The notes beneath the pieces were generated by a model. It did not search any database. It was not told where the DNA came from and saw only the letters and a program-made list of their open reading frames with translations. A DNA stretch of 64,000 bases. It comes from Minisyncoccota bacterium. GTDB lineage: Bacteria > Patescibacteriota > Minisyncoccia > JAHIHE01 > JAGLIN01. Below are positions 1-14,440 of the stretch, piece after piece. The position numbers were made by a program, and so were the translations under genes. The DNA lies in assembly GCA_041661265.1 (NCBI GenBank), contig JBAZUT010000003.1, positions 79,191-143,190 on the forward strand, given 5' to 3'. Each line of letters begins with the position of its first letter. Positions within the stretch are counted from its first letter, which is position 1.

Positions 1-49
1 GAAGCGGAGGACGTAGGGGGAACATTAGTCATTAAAGGTTTTTATAAAC

Positions 50-538
50 ATGGACAATAGAGAAGAACAATTTATACCACTGGAAAATATACCAGAAAAG
101 CCAACAAAAAACGAAATTAAGGAAATGGATCAATTTGGAAAGCGATTGGACGAAATAGAAAAGAAAAGAGAACTTATTGATGAAAAAGTAACACGGATCG
201 GAATATCGATAAACGATTCCGAAAAACGTATTGAAAAAACGACAACTTTTATGATGTTTGTTGCAGGCGCTATCTTGATATCTTTTTCACTTGCATTTGT
301 CACCTTATCATTCGAATACTATAAACGAAATGAGGATAACCTAAATAAGTTGACATCAAGGATTGAGTCATTGGAGGAAAAGAAGTTTGAGAATGTAATT
401 AATTCGTATGATATTCAAAGGTCAAATGAATTGAAGTTAATTACAGATGTTATTCAACAACATCAAACTGATAATGAGGTATTTAGAAATTGTTTAAAAA
501 ATAAAAGATATTGGCAATACGAAGAGTGTGCCGAGTAG
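50..538 (+). CDS. hypothetical membrane protein (single TM, coiled-coil)
   Basis: 162-aa ORF, one hydrophobic segment (FMMFVAGAILISFSLAFVTLSF) flanked by charged helical regions. Confidence 0.7.
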   Translation: MDNREEQFIPLENIPEKPTKNEIKEMDQFGKRLDEIEKKRELIDEKVTRIGISINDSEKRIEKTTTFMMFVAGAILISFSLAFVTLSFEYYKRNEDNLNKLTSRIESLEEKKFENVINSYDIQRSNELKLITDVIQQHQTDNEVFRNCLKNKRYWQYEECAE

Positions 539-580
539 GTGATACTAAATTATGATAATTGAATTATTTTGAAAATTATT

Positions 581-625
581 AAATTTAGACATTCATTAAA
601 AATTAGAAATTAAGAATTAGAAATT
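581..625 (-). repeat. heptamer-repeat element (AATTTCT-like x4 + AATGAATGTCTAAAT)
   Basis: Reverse complement aatttctaattcttaatttctaatttttaatgaatgtctaaattt closely matches 4189-4234 inside 23S and resembles 27527-27570. Confidence 0.7.
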
Positions 626-673
626 AAATATTGTTGAATATAAATTAGCTTTTATATAAGCCAAAAACGCGTC

Positions 674-702
674 TTGACAGTATTTAGATTATGCTATATT
701 AT
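674..702 (+). promoter_or_regulatory. sigma70 promoter P1 of 16S rRNA
   Basis: TTGACA-17 bp-TATTAT. Confidence 0.7.
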
Positions 703-776
703 TACATTAATAATAGGTTAAAGAAATAAAACTGAATACGAAGGAAAAAAGTAGCTGGTCAAGAATGAAGTAGCAC

Positions 777-804
777 TTGACAAGTGTTTTATTTGTACTA
801 TTAT
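777..804 (+). promoter_or_regulatory. sigma70 promoter P2 of 16S rRNA
   Basis: TTGACA-16 bp-TATTAT; tandem promoters are typical of rRNA genes. Confidence 0.6.
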
Positions 805-944
805 GAATAGGTAACCGTGCGAGAGTTCGTTAACAATTCAGATATGTTATCACTACAAACTTTGTGTAGTTGTCCTGAACTATTTCTGCATCGTTCATAA
901 GTCCATATGTAAATATGCAACTGTGAACATTTATGATGCAACAT

Positions 945-2408
<1,464 letters not shown>

Positions 2409-2550
2409 AGGGAGAAGTGCGATTAATTTCGCAACTTACCTTGGTCTTCTAACTCTACGAGTTATATAAGCTGTTGGGAATGTCTCAGCTTCGAACAAAA
2501 GATGTTCCATGGACAACTACATAAGGTTTGTAACTTATATCTGAATAGCA

Positions 2551-2587
2551 AAGTCGCATCTAATCTCTTGCATTGGATGCGATTTTT
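2551..2587 (+). terminator. intrinsic terminator after 16S
   Basis: gtcgcatctaat...attggatgcgat hairpin followed by T run. Confidence 0.6.
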
Positions 2588-2599
2588 GTTACGCGGCAC

Positions 2600-2628
2600 T
2601 TGTAATATTATTATTTCTTTGATAAGAT
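2600..2628 (+). promoter_or_regulatory. promoter for tRNA-Ile/tRNA-Ala
   Basis: TTGTAA-17 bp-TAAGAT with extended -10 TG. Confidence 0.5.
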
Positions 2629-2686
2629 ATTATAAGTTTCGATAAATTAAAAAACTTCTAAAATCAACAAGTAATTTGTAAACTTT

Positions 2687-2760
2687 GGGCGATTAGCTCA
2701 GTTGGCTAGAGCACTTCACTGATAATGAAGAGGTCGGAAGTTCGAGTCTTCCATCGCCCA
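2687..2760 (+). tRNA. tRNA-Ile(GAT)
   Basis: Cloverleaf, anticodon arm cttca-ctGATaa-tgaag, GTTCGAG T-loop; CCA not encoded. Confidence 0.97.
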
Positions 2761-2931
2761 CAACAAAAACTTATAACTGATGACTTATAACGCATAACAA
2801 TAAAGAAATATTAAATTCGAGAATCCTTGCATTGTTTTATATTTATTGTATAATACAAATGTAGACGAAACTTTGAGGCGACTTGCGAGCCCGTTGCGAT
2901 GTGTTATGAGTTATAAGTTGTGAGTTGTTTT

Positions 2932-3004
2932 GGGCCCGTAGCTCAGTTGGTAGAGCACTTGCTTTGCAAGCATGGGGTCGCAGGTTCGAATCCTGTCGGG
3001 TCCA
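2932..3004 (+). tRNA. tRNA-Ala(TGC)
   Basis: Cloverleaf, anticodon ttTGCaa, G3:U70 acceptor pair; CCA not encoded. Confidence 0.97.
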
Positions 3005-3165
3005 CTTTGAGTTCACGTGAGAGGTTGAGGCAATATAAAATGACAGATTGCTGCTATCAATATATTCCGATGATTTATTGAAGATGCGAGCAATATATAT
3101 ACTTTTGAAAATCAAACACAAATATAAATATTTTAAAATATAAAAAAAGAAAGGGGGTGGAGTAA

Positions 3166-3555
3166 ATGGAATTTTTATTCGCCAGTGATTATTTTTTTAT
3201 CATTTTCAACCAAATGGTAACATTCTATCAGAATATACTATCTGGTGGGATCGATAGAGCGTTAATCGTATTGGGCGTAGGAGCTTTTATTGTTTTCGAA
3301 ATTGATAAAGTTGCCCTACGAACAAAGATAAAGGAACGCAGAGTTGTTGCGATGACCGCAAAATGGGTGTTCATGATCATTACGATATTAATCGCCCTGG
3401 AAGAAGCGCATATCGGTAATAACACCATTCAGACTTTTTCAAGCGGTTTTGCGCTTATGATTGCTCTTTCAGGCGGCTTGGCTTTCGGACTCGGTGGACA
3501 GTATCAGGCTAAAGAAATACTTGAGGAATTTAAACACAAGATCATACAGAAGTAG
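3166..3555 (+). CDS. small membrane protein, TM-helix/CmpX (mechanosensitive-channel-associated)-like
   Basis: 129 aa, about 3 TM segments, GLAFGLGG motif, purine-rich SD (ggggtggag) upstream, terminator downstream. Confidence 0.75.
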   Translation: MEFLFASDYFFIIFNQMVTFYQNILSGGIDRALIVLGVGAFIVFEIDKVALRTKIKERRVVAMTAKWVFMIITILIALEEAHIGNNTIQTFSSGFALMIALSGGLAFGLGGQYQAKEILEEFKHKIIQK

Positions 3556-3578
3556 GATCATATATTGCAACTAGCTAG

Positions 3579-3619
3579 TGGCAAAAATAGACAGACTTTC
3601 AGTCTGTTTTTGTCATTTT
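3579..3619 (+). terminator. intrinsic terminator
   Basis: gacagact-ttc-agtctgtt hairpin with extended arms and T tail. Confidence 0.65.
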
Positions 3620-3650
3620 ATCAGGTAATTTAGAAATTACCGACAGGCTC

Positions 3651-3679
3651 TTGACAACATTATTCATACTTGCTAATAT
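3651..3679 (+). promoter_or_regulatory. dedicated promoter for 23S-5S
   Basis: TTGACA-17 bp-TAATAT with extended -10 TG. Confidence 0.7.
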
Positions 3680-3830
3680 TACTCTTGTCGCTGTTTAAAA
3701 GGAAATATATTGACAACAGAAATTTGACTGAAGATTTCAGCCAAAATTGTGTTGTTAATGATTGTACGTTAACAATTGATTTAATTTGTGATTCAATGAT
3801 TAGCAATTAATAATTGCTAGTTAACCGTTT

Positions 3831-7047
<3,217 letters not shown>

Positions 7048-7169
7048 AGAGGTTGTATTTTAAAGATGTTTTACATCTTTAGATTACAGCTTTGGTTAAC
7101 TAGTGATTATTGATTGTTGTTTATCACAAATATACATACTTGATATTTTGAAATATCGAGTACAAGAAT

Positions 7170-7289
7170 TCTCTGGTGATTTTAGCGGCGAGGTAACACC
7201 TGATCCCATTTCGAACTCAGAAGTAAAGCTCGCTTGCGCCCATGGTACTTATTCCTTACGGAATCGGGAGAGTAGGTCATTGCCGGAGA
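7170..7289 (+). rRNA. rrf: 5S rRNA
   Basis: tctctggtga...tgccggaga terminal stem, CCCATTTCGAAC and GGGAGAGTAGG motifs. Confidence 0.96.
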
Positions 7290-7362
7290 TTTTTTGTTGG
7301 AAAAAATATTTTGACCATATGAGGTAAAAAGGTTATAATCTATTATATTACTAATAATAAAT

Positions 7363-8232
7363 ATGACTGGAATACAGAGAGCGATCAAAAAATTATCTAT
7401 CATATTGTTGATCTTGTCCTTGTTTTTTATTATTTCATGGCCTGAATTACGGCCGAAAGAAGATTCGTGCTATAACGGCAAGCTGGACTTTGGCGAAGAT
7501 GAGATAGACTGCGGCGGTATTTGTTCAACGGCATGCCCGCCTCCTGAAAAACCGCCAATGGTAGAAGATGTAAAGATCGAATGGTCCCGCGCTCTCAAGG
7601 ATGGAAATGATAATTATGACCTTATTGCAAAGATATATAACACCAATAAACACTGGGGAGCTACAAACGTCAACTATAAATTTATTATATATGGAGGTAA
7701 TAACGATGTTTTAGCAATCAAAACCGGAAGTACATACATTGTACCTCTCGGATTTTCCGAGGGTGAAGGAGTGAAATATGTAATAGAAAATAATTATGTA
7801 TCTGACAAAGAAATAACAAAGGTTGACTTTGAGCTAGATAATTTCAGATGGGCCGAAGTGAAGGATATATTGGAACTTCCGGAACTGGGCGTTGATACGA
7901 TAATAGTAAAGGACAGAAGATATGGAAAAGTGGAATCCGGTAATGAATACTATTATATTTATGGTGTAACAGAAAACACTTCCAAATACAGTTTCAGATT
8001 TGTTGATATATATGCTGTGGTGTATGATGCGCAAAACAACCCCATTGCTGCCGGTAAAACGGATCAGAACACCGTTGCGGCCGGAACAGGATGGGAATTC
8101 AGAATATTCTGGAATGATAAATTCGAAGGGGAAGTTGCAAAAGTGGACTACGTCGCTGAGACAAATATATATGAACAATCGAACTTTATGCGGGCTTATG
8201 GCACGGGAAAGAAGTACAATACCACAAAATAG
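7363..8232 (+). CDS. membrane-anchored hypothetical protein with Cys motif (CYNGKLDFGEDEIDCGGIC) and Ig/FxLYD-like domains
   Basis: N-terminal TM, Cys-rich motif common in CPR proteins, beta-rich C-terminus. Confidence 0.75.
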   Translation: MTGIQRAIKKLSIILLILSLFFIISWPELRPKEDSCYNGKLDFGEDEIDCGGICSTACPPPEKPPMVEDVKIEWSRALKDGNDNYDLIAKIYNTNKHWGATNVNYKFIIYGGNNDVLAIKTGSTYIVPLGFSEGEGVKYVIENNYVSDKEITKVDFELDNFRWAEVKDILELPELGVDTIIVKDRRYGKVESGNEYYYIYGVTENTSKYSFRFVDIYAVVYDAQNNPIAAGKTDQNTVAAGTGWEFRIFWNDKFEGEVAKVDYVAETNIYEQSNFMRAYGTGKKYNTTK

Positions 8233-8244
8233 GGCGTCAAAATC

Positions 8245-9360
8245 ATGAAGATAGCATTTTTAAATAAAATCGACGTAGCGCTGTTCGTTTCTCAAACTAT
8301 TCTGATTGTTATTGGAATTATTACGATTTTTAGTACATCGTACAGCAGCAGTGGCAGCGATTTTGTGAATTTTAATAAACAGGCGATATTCGCCATTGTC
8401 GGGATAGTGGTGTTTTTTGTTATCAGTCTTGTAGATTATCGAGCTATAAAAAATTATACGGGCATCATATATGTGATCGCCTGTATTATTTTGATCTTGG
8501 TGGCTATAATGGGAAAAAATATCAGAGGAACCGCGGGATGGTTCGATCTTGGCTTTGTCAGTCTTCAGCCAGCCGAGTTCGTAAAAATAGCCATGATAAT
8601 CATCATCGCAAAATATTTTACAAAGATCGATATTTACATAAACAGCTTTAAGAAGGCAATAGTTTCCGGAATATACGTCCTGATACCGGTTTCGCTCATT
8701 ATGATGCAACCTGACATGGGAAGCGCTCTTATAATTATCTTTATATGGATAGCTATGCTGATACTATCCGGCGTGAATAAAAAATATATATTATATATAA
8801 CTATATTGGCGATCGTGTTATCGGGCATAGGGTGGCAATATGCGCTGAAAGATTATCAAAAGAGCAGAATTTTGTCATTTTTTGATTCGGAATATGACCC
8901 TATGGGAGCAGGATACAACGTCAGGCAGTCCGTGATCGCTATCGGTTCCGGAAATATATGGGGAAAAGGCCTGGGACATGGATCCCAAAGCCAATTGAAT
9001 TTTTTGCCGGAGAAGCACACCGATTTCATTTTTGCGGTCATAGCAGAGGAGATGGGATTCGTCGGAATAATCCTGGTGATTGGACTATATGGCATAATAT
9101 TTTACAGACTGCTCAGGATCGCGGAGGAAGCTGAGGATAATTTCGGGAAATATCTGGTTCTGGGAACGTCGTTACTTGTATTTTTTCATGTCGTGATCAA
9201 TATAGGCATGAATATGGGCATCATGCCCGTTACCGGAATACCGCTTCCCCTTGTGAGCTATGGCGGAAGTTCATTGGTCAGTCTTATGGTTATGTTTGGG
9301 ATAGTGAATAGTGTGTATATCAAGGGAAGGGGTTATAAATTCACTAAAGAAGAAGATTAG
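8245..9360 (+). CDS. rodA: rod shape-determining protein RodA (SEDS)
   Basis: QPAEFVK, QPDMGSA, GYNVRQS, FLPEKHTDFIF, SYGGSS motifs. Confidence 0.93.
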   Translation: MKIAFLNKIDVALFVSQTILIVIGIITIFSTSYSSSGSDFVNFNKQAIFAIVGIVVFFVISLVDYRAIKNYTGIIYVIACIILILVAIMGKNIRGTAGWFDLGFVSLQPAEFVKIAMIIIIAKYFTKIDIYINSFKKAIVSGIYVLIPVSLIMMQPDMGSALIIIFIWIAMLILSGVNKKYILYITILAIVLSGIGWQYALKDYQKSRILSFFDSEYDPMGAGYNVRQSVIAIGSGNIWGKGLGHGSQSQLNFLPEKHTDFIFAVIAEEMGFVGIILVIGLYGIIFYRLLRIAEEAEDNFGKYLVLGTSLLVFFHVVINIGMNMGIMPVTGIPLPLVSYGGSSLVSLMVMFGIVNSVYIKGRGYKFTKEED

Positions 9361-9459
9361 CAACGTCCGGAAAAGAATAAATGTGGCTTTGGCTCCACAT
9401 AATATATTTACATTGAATATCATATGTGTTAATATGTTTAAGTTATCATAAATAAAACT

Positions 9460-10860
9460 ATGGCTGAAAATAAGACTGAGTTTTTCAATAAAATAGTATC
9501 GCTTTGCAAAAGACGGGGATTTATTTATCCCTCAAGTGAGATATATGGGGGATTCGCGGCGATCTATGATTATGGACATTACGGAACGCTTCTGAAGAAC
9601 AATATACGCGATTCGTGGTGGAAGAGCATGGTTCAGATGCGCGATGATGTCGTGGGACTGGATAGCGCTATCTTTATGCATCCAAAAACATGGGTCGCAT
9701 CGGGACATGTCGGGGGATTTAACGATCCCCAGATTGACTGCAAGAAATGCAAAAGCAGATTTCGGGCAGACCATTTTCTTAAGAATTTCGGCATAAATGC
9801 AGACAAAATGCCCTTGGTTGAGATCAATAAGCATTTGGATGATTTAAGGAAAGAGAAAAAGCTTAAATGCCAGAATTGCGGATCGACCGAAATTACGCAA
9901 GCAAAAATATTTTCTTTGATGGTAAAATCAAATATAGGATCGCCGACTGATGAGCTGAAAGAAGAGAATGTGGTATATCTCCGGCCGGAAACCTGCGGGG
10001 GGATATATCTTGAATTCAAGAATACCATTGATTCGTTGCACAAAAAACTTCCTTTCGGGATCGCGCAAGTCGGCAAGGCTTTCAGGAATGAGATCGTTGC
10101 GAGACAGTTCATATTCAGAACGAGAGAATTCGAACAGATGGAAATGCAGTACTTTTTGCACCCCTTGATGATGAAAGATAAATATGAATCATGGAAAAAG
10201 GCGAGATGGCAATGGTATCTGGATAATGGCATCTCAGAAAAAGAGATCAAGTGGTATAAGCACGAGAAACTTGCCCATTACGCATCAGAAGCATATGACA
10301 TTACGTATAATTTCAAATCTCTAGGTGACTTCGATGAGGTTGAGGGGATACATGCGAGAGGCGACTGGGATCTTTCCCAGCATTCGAAATGTTCAGGCGT
10401 AGATCTTTCATATACAGATGAAAAAACGAAGGAAAAGTTCATACCTCACATCATGGAAACGTCAGTTGGACTGAATAGATTACTGTTTATGTTCCTGGAT
10501 AATGCGTATTGTGAGGAAAAAGTGGGAGATGAAACGAGAGTTGTACTGAAACTGCCAATGCATCTTGCCCCAGTCAAAGTTGCAGTATTCCCGCTTCTGA
10601 AGAACAAGCCGGATCTGGTGCAAAAAGCACGTGAAGTTTATGACGCGCTCAAGCCATATTTCATGTGTGAATTCGACGATAACGGAAATATAGGGAAGAG
10701 ATACAGGAGACAGGATGAGATAGGGACGCCACATTGCGTTACTGTTGACTTCGATACGATCAGTGACGAAACCGTAACTGTCAGAGACAGGGACACTATG
10801 AAACAGGAACGCATTAAGATCGCGGAATTACCTGACTTTTTGAAAGTAAAATTGGCCTAA
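9460..10860 (+). CDS. glyS: glycine--tRNA ligase, alpha2 (eukaryote-like) type
   Basis: LCKRRGF, YLRPET, GKAFRNEI, FRTREFEQME, IGKRYRRQDEIGTP. Confidence 0.96.
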   Translation: MAENKTEFFNKIVSLCKRRGFIYPSSEIYGGFAAIYDYGHYGTLLKNNIRDSWWKSMVQMRDDVVGLDSAIFMHPKTWVASGHVGGFNDPQIDCKKCKSRFRADHFLKNFGINADKMPLVEINKHLDDLRKEKKLKCQNCGSTEITQAKIFSLMVKSNIGSPTDELKEENVVYLRPETCGGIYLEFKNTIDSLHKKLPFGIAQVGKAFRNEIVARQFIFRTREFEQMEMQYFLHPLMMKDKYESWKKARWQWYLDNGISEKEIKWYKHEKLAHYASEAYDITYNFKSLGDFDEVEGIHARGDWDLSQHSKCSGVDLSYTDEKTKEKFIPHIMETSVGLNRLLFMFLDNAYCEEKVGDETRVVLKLPMHLAPVKVAVFPLLKNKPDLVQKAREVYDALKPYFMCEFDDNGNIGKRYRRQDEIGTPHCVTVDFDTISDETVTVRDRDTMKQERIKIAELPDFLKVKLA

Positions 10861-10864
10861 ACTT

Positions 10865-11977
10865 ATGCGAGAAGCAAAATTGATCATTGCAGACAGTGAA
10901 CATGATTCTAATATGTATTACGCAACCGGATGCTTAGTGCCAGATGATTTTATTTATCTGGAAATAAACAGCAAAAAGATCGTTTATATCGACGATATGG
11001 AATTTGGAAGAGTCAGAAACGAAGCCTTGGTAGATAAAGTTATAAATTATTCAAAATACAGTCCCGGAATTGACAGAGATACATTTGGACGCATATTGAT
11101 CAGGATCCTATCGGATAATGGTATTGAAAAAGTTTATGTTCCCGGCAATTTCAAGATGAAGTATGCAAAGGTTTTGCTGGATAACGGCATAAGGACAGAG
11201 GTGGTTGAGCCGTTTTTCAAAGAAAGAATATCAAAAAGCAAAGAAGAGGTTGAAAAAATATCAGAGGTTCAGAGAATAAATGAGAGTGCTTTCAAAAAAG
11301 CTATAACTGTAATTAAAAAATCAAAAATAAGAAAAGATAGGAAGTTGATCTATAACGGAAATGTTTTAACTTCGGAATTCATCAGGATCATATTACAGAA
11401 AGAATTTGTCGCAAATAATTGCTTTTGCGATTACAGTATTATAGTTTCTTGCGCAGACGATACCGTCGATCCCCATGAAGCGGGAAAAGGGGCCCTGATC
11501 GCAGGGGAATCAATTATCATGGACGTGGTGCCTAAGTCGAGTTCAAACAGATATTACAGCGATATGACAAGGACGATAGTCAAGGGGAAAGCTTCTCCGG
11601 AGATTAAAAGGATCTATAATGCGGTTGCTGAGGCGCAAATGATCGCACTGAGTGAAATTAAATCAGGGATACGCGCCGACCATATTCATAAAAGAATCCA
11701 AAAATTTTTTGACAGTGCCGGATTTAAAACGGGAATGAAAAAAGGAAAAATGCAGGGGTTTTTTCATAGCACGGGACACGGGGTGGGCCTGGATGTCCAT
11801 GAACTTCCAAGGATCAATTTGAATTATCAAAAAGAGCTCGAAACAGGAAATGTGGTTACGGTCGAACCAGGTTTATATTATCCGGGAATTGGCGGAGTGA
11901 GAATTGAGGACATGGTAGTCGTCACAGAGCATGGATGTAAAAATCTTACTCATTTTCCTAAATATTTGGAAATATAG
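10865..11977 (+). CDS. Xaa-Pro aminopeptidase (M24 family)
   Basis: YYSDMTRT, HSTGHGVGLDVHE, TVEPGLY, GVRIED. Confidence 0.92.
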   Translation: MREAKLIIADSEHDSNMYYATGCLVPDDFIYLEINSKKIVYIDDMEFGRVRNEALVDKVINYSKYSPGIDRDTFGRILIRILSDNGIEKVYVPGNFKMKYAKVLLDNGIRTEVVEPFFKERISKSKEEVEKISEVQRINESAFKKAITVIKKSKIRKDRKLIYNGNVLTSEFIRIILQKEFVANNCFCDYSIIVSCADDTVDPHEAGKGALIAGESIIMDVVPKSSSNRYYSDMTRTIVKGKASPEIKRIYNAVAEAQMIALSEIKSGIRADHIHKRIQKFFDSAGFKTGMKKGKMQGFFHSTGHGVGLDVHELPRINLNYQKELETGNVVTVEPGLYYPGIGGVRIEDMVVVTEHGCKNLTHFPKYLEI

Positions 11978-12014
11978 GCATAAGATCTATAATAATACAT
12001 AACAGAATATTAAT

Positions 12015-12986
12015 ATGAATAAATCAAAAAAGGAACAAATGGATATCGCGAAAATATATGACATTGCGATCAAGAAAGGTATTGAGAACGACTTCAGATC
12101 TAAGGCTGACATCAATGAGCTTTTCAGAAGAGAGAAAGAAAGATACAGGAAGTTGGAAGGTGAAGACAAAAATAGCTATGACAAGGACAGGCTTATTAAT
12201 CCATTTTCCGATACCAGGGTCCTAAATATTTCCGAGAATAAAAATATTAAGAAAATACTTAGCGGCATCGATATCGGCAGCGGAGAGATCCTGTATGCGC
12301 AAATGCATAATGACATAGATCTCGTGATCTCCCATCATCCGCTTGGGAAGGCGCTTTCTAATCTCAGCGATGTCATGCATCTTCAGGCGGATGTATTGAA
12401 TATGTATGGCGTTCCGATCAATATTGCAGAAAGCTTGCTGAAGGAGCGCATTTCTGAAGTTTCAAGAGGTGTAAATCCGATAAATCATAATAAGGAAGTG
12501 GACCTTGCAAGATTGTTTAAAATCAATCTGATGTGTGTACACACGCCTGCAGATAATTTTGCGGCAAAGTTTCTTGACGAATCGATTAAGAAAGCAAAAA
12601 TAGCATATGTCGGCGACCTTCTGAAATTATTAAGAACGATTCCTGAATATAAAGAATCCATAAAGATCGGAGCAGGCCCTAAGCTTTTCGCTGGATTTGA
12701 AGATAGCCGGGTCGGAAAGATAGCCCTGACTGAAATAACCGGAGGAACAGAAGGATCGGCCGGAATGTATGAAAAAATGGCTCAGGCGGGGATCGGCACG
12801 ATCGTAGCTATGCATCTTTCGGAAGAAAGAAAAAAAGAGGCGGAAAAGGCTCATATAAATGTTGTTGTTGCGGGACATATATCGTCCGATTCTCTCGGAA
12901 TGAATCTTTTCCTGGATGAGCTTGAAAAGAAAGGCATTGAAATAGTACCGTGTTCCGGGCTTACAAGGATCAAAAGATTTAAATAG
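12015..12986 (+). CDS. NIF3-like (NGG1p-interacting factor) metal-binding protein
   Basis: SHHP, HTPADN, GHISSDSLG motifs. Confidence 0.8.
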   Translation: MNKSKKEQMDIAKIYDIAIKKGIENDFRSKADINELFRREKERYRKLEGEDKNSYDKDRLINPFSDTRVLNISENKNIKKILSGIDIGSGEILYAQMHNDIDLVISHHPLGKALSNLSDVMHLQADVLNMYGVPINIAESLLKERISEVSRGVNPINHNKEVDLARLFKINLMCVHTPADNFAAKFLDESIKKAKIAYVGDLLKLLRTIPEYKESIKIGAGPKLFAGFEDSRVGKIALTEITGGTEGSAGMYEKMAQAGIGTIVAMHLSEERKKEAEKAHINVVVAGHISSDSLGMNLFLDELEKKGIEIVPCSGLTRIKRFK

Positions 12987-13011
12987 GCTATGCGATGTTG
13001 AAATGTTATAC

Positions 13012-13038
13012 AAAAAGCGGGCGTTTGCTCGTTTTTTT
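13012..13038 (+). terminator. intrinsic terminator
   Basis: aaaaagcgggc-gttt-gctcgttttttt. Confidence 0.65.
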
Positions 13039-13065
13039 GACTGGTTGGTCCTGATATTGTATCAT
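13037..13065 (+). promoter_or_regulatory. sigma70 promoter of permuted pgk
   Basis: TTGACT-17 bp-TATCAT; GGAGG SD at ~13092. Confidence 0.6.
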
Positions 13066-13103
13066 ATATAGTAATACGGTTCTTTGAAAATGGAGGTTAA
13101 ATT

Positions 13104-14387
13104 ATGTACCAAATAGAAATAAAAACTGAAAAAATAAGAAACATCCAGCCTGGATACGTCGCCATAGACTGCGATCCCGATGAAGTGCAGAAAATGATCT
13201 CGGCGCACTTTATGACTCCCATGATGTTCGTATATAACGGGGTTGCGGGCATATATGAAAGCAAATATGGCATTGAAAGCACAAAAAGAATAATTCTTGC
13301 GATAAGAAAAGCCAAGATCCTGGATGAAAACATAAGCGCAATAGCCCTGGGCGGAGAAGGAGTCAGTGCGGCTATCAAGGTCCTCGGACCTGCGGAAGCA
13401 AAAAAGATATTCAGCCATTTATCGACAGCGGGTGGCGCGGGACTGGAATTCTGGGTCAATGACCGAAGTTTTACCGCACTGGATTCATTTCCATCAAGAG
13501 ATGCGGCATATAAGGCAGCAAATTATAGTGAATTGCTTACTGTATATGACATAAACCAGGGACTGAAAGACAAAACAGTCACTATCATTGCAGATCTGAA
13601 TCTTGAGGAACCGAATCCCGACGACATAAAGATACAAGCGCTAATTGATGATATACGATTTGCGAAGGAAAATGGTGCGAAGAAGATCATCATTATGTCG
13701 CATAGAGGCAGGCCCGAAGACCGCGAAGAAAGATATAGCATGAAAGAGTATGCGAACATTTATACGCATCTTTTGAGAAGCATAGGTCTGTTAAGACCGG
13801 ATGAAGAAGTGGTTTTTATCGATGACTACGTCGGAGAAAAGTATGCAAAAATTATCACTGACCTTCGCGACGGTACTATATGTATTACAGAAAATGCAAG
13901 ATTTCATAAGGAAGAAAAATCCAAAGACAGAGATATTGTCTCAAGATATATCGCTGATATAAAAAATACGACCGGGACCGAAGTCCTGATATTTTCAGCG
14001 GCCGGTTCTGCGCACAGAAAGGATGCTACGAAGAAATATCTCCCGGAGATAATAGAAAAGAAAGCCATCGGGATACTGATGCAAAAAGAAATTGCTGAAA
14101 TGTCAAAGCTCCGAAATAAAAAAGACGGACCGATACTGGCCATTATCCAAGGCGCCAAGAGCGACAAGCTTCAGATCGTGAAGGAGATATTTGAAAAGGA
14201 TTTGGTCGATAAGATAATGGTCCTAGGAAAGCTCGCGCTTAATTTCTACAATGGAAATGAAGTGGCCGCTCAGATCAAAAATATCGCGGGAAACAAGCTC
14301 ATCCTTCCGAAAAGGATGACAATTGCACAAATACCGGAACGGCTGGATGAAAAGCAGTTCATAAACTACCTCAAAACACAAAAATAA
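13104..14387 (+). CDS. pgk: phosphoglycerate kinase homolog, circularly permuted
   Basis: C-terminal PGK motifs (YNGVAGIYE, LGGEG, FSHLSTAGGAGLEF) come before the N-terminal motifs (IIADLN, MSHRGRP, ENARF, GSAHR, GAKSDK). Confidence 0.85.
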   Translation: MYQIEIKTEKIRNIQPGYVAIDCDPDEVQKMISAHFMTPMMFVYNGVAGIYESKYGIESTKRIILAIRKAKILDENISAIALGGEGVSAAIKVLGPAEAKKIFSHLSTAGGAGLEFWVNDRSFTALDSFPSRDAAYKAANYSELLTVYDINQGLKDKTVTIIADLNLEEPNPDDIKIQALIDDIRFAKENGAKKIIIMSHRGRPEDREERYSMKEYANIYTHLLRSIGLLRPDEEVVFIDDYVGEKYAKIITDLRDGTICITENARFHKEEKSKDRDIVSRYIADIKNTTGTEVLIFSAAGSAHRKDATKKYLPEIIEKKAIGILMQKEIAEMSKLRNKKDGPILAIIQGAKSDKLQIVKEIFEKDLVDKIMVLGKLALNFYNGNEVAAQIKNIAGNKLILPKRMTIAQIPERLDEKQFINYLKTQK

Positions 14388-14393
14388 TCAAAC

Positions 14394-14421
14394 AAAAGCA
14401 GAATCAAGTTCTGCTTTTTTT
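14394..14421. terminator. bidirectional terminator between pgk and leuS
   Basis: aaaagcagaa-tcaag-ttctgcttttt between convergent genes. Confidence 0.75.
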
Positions 14422-14440
14422 AACTTTGCATTATTTTCGA

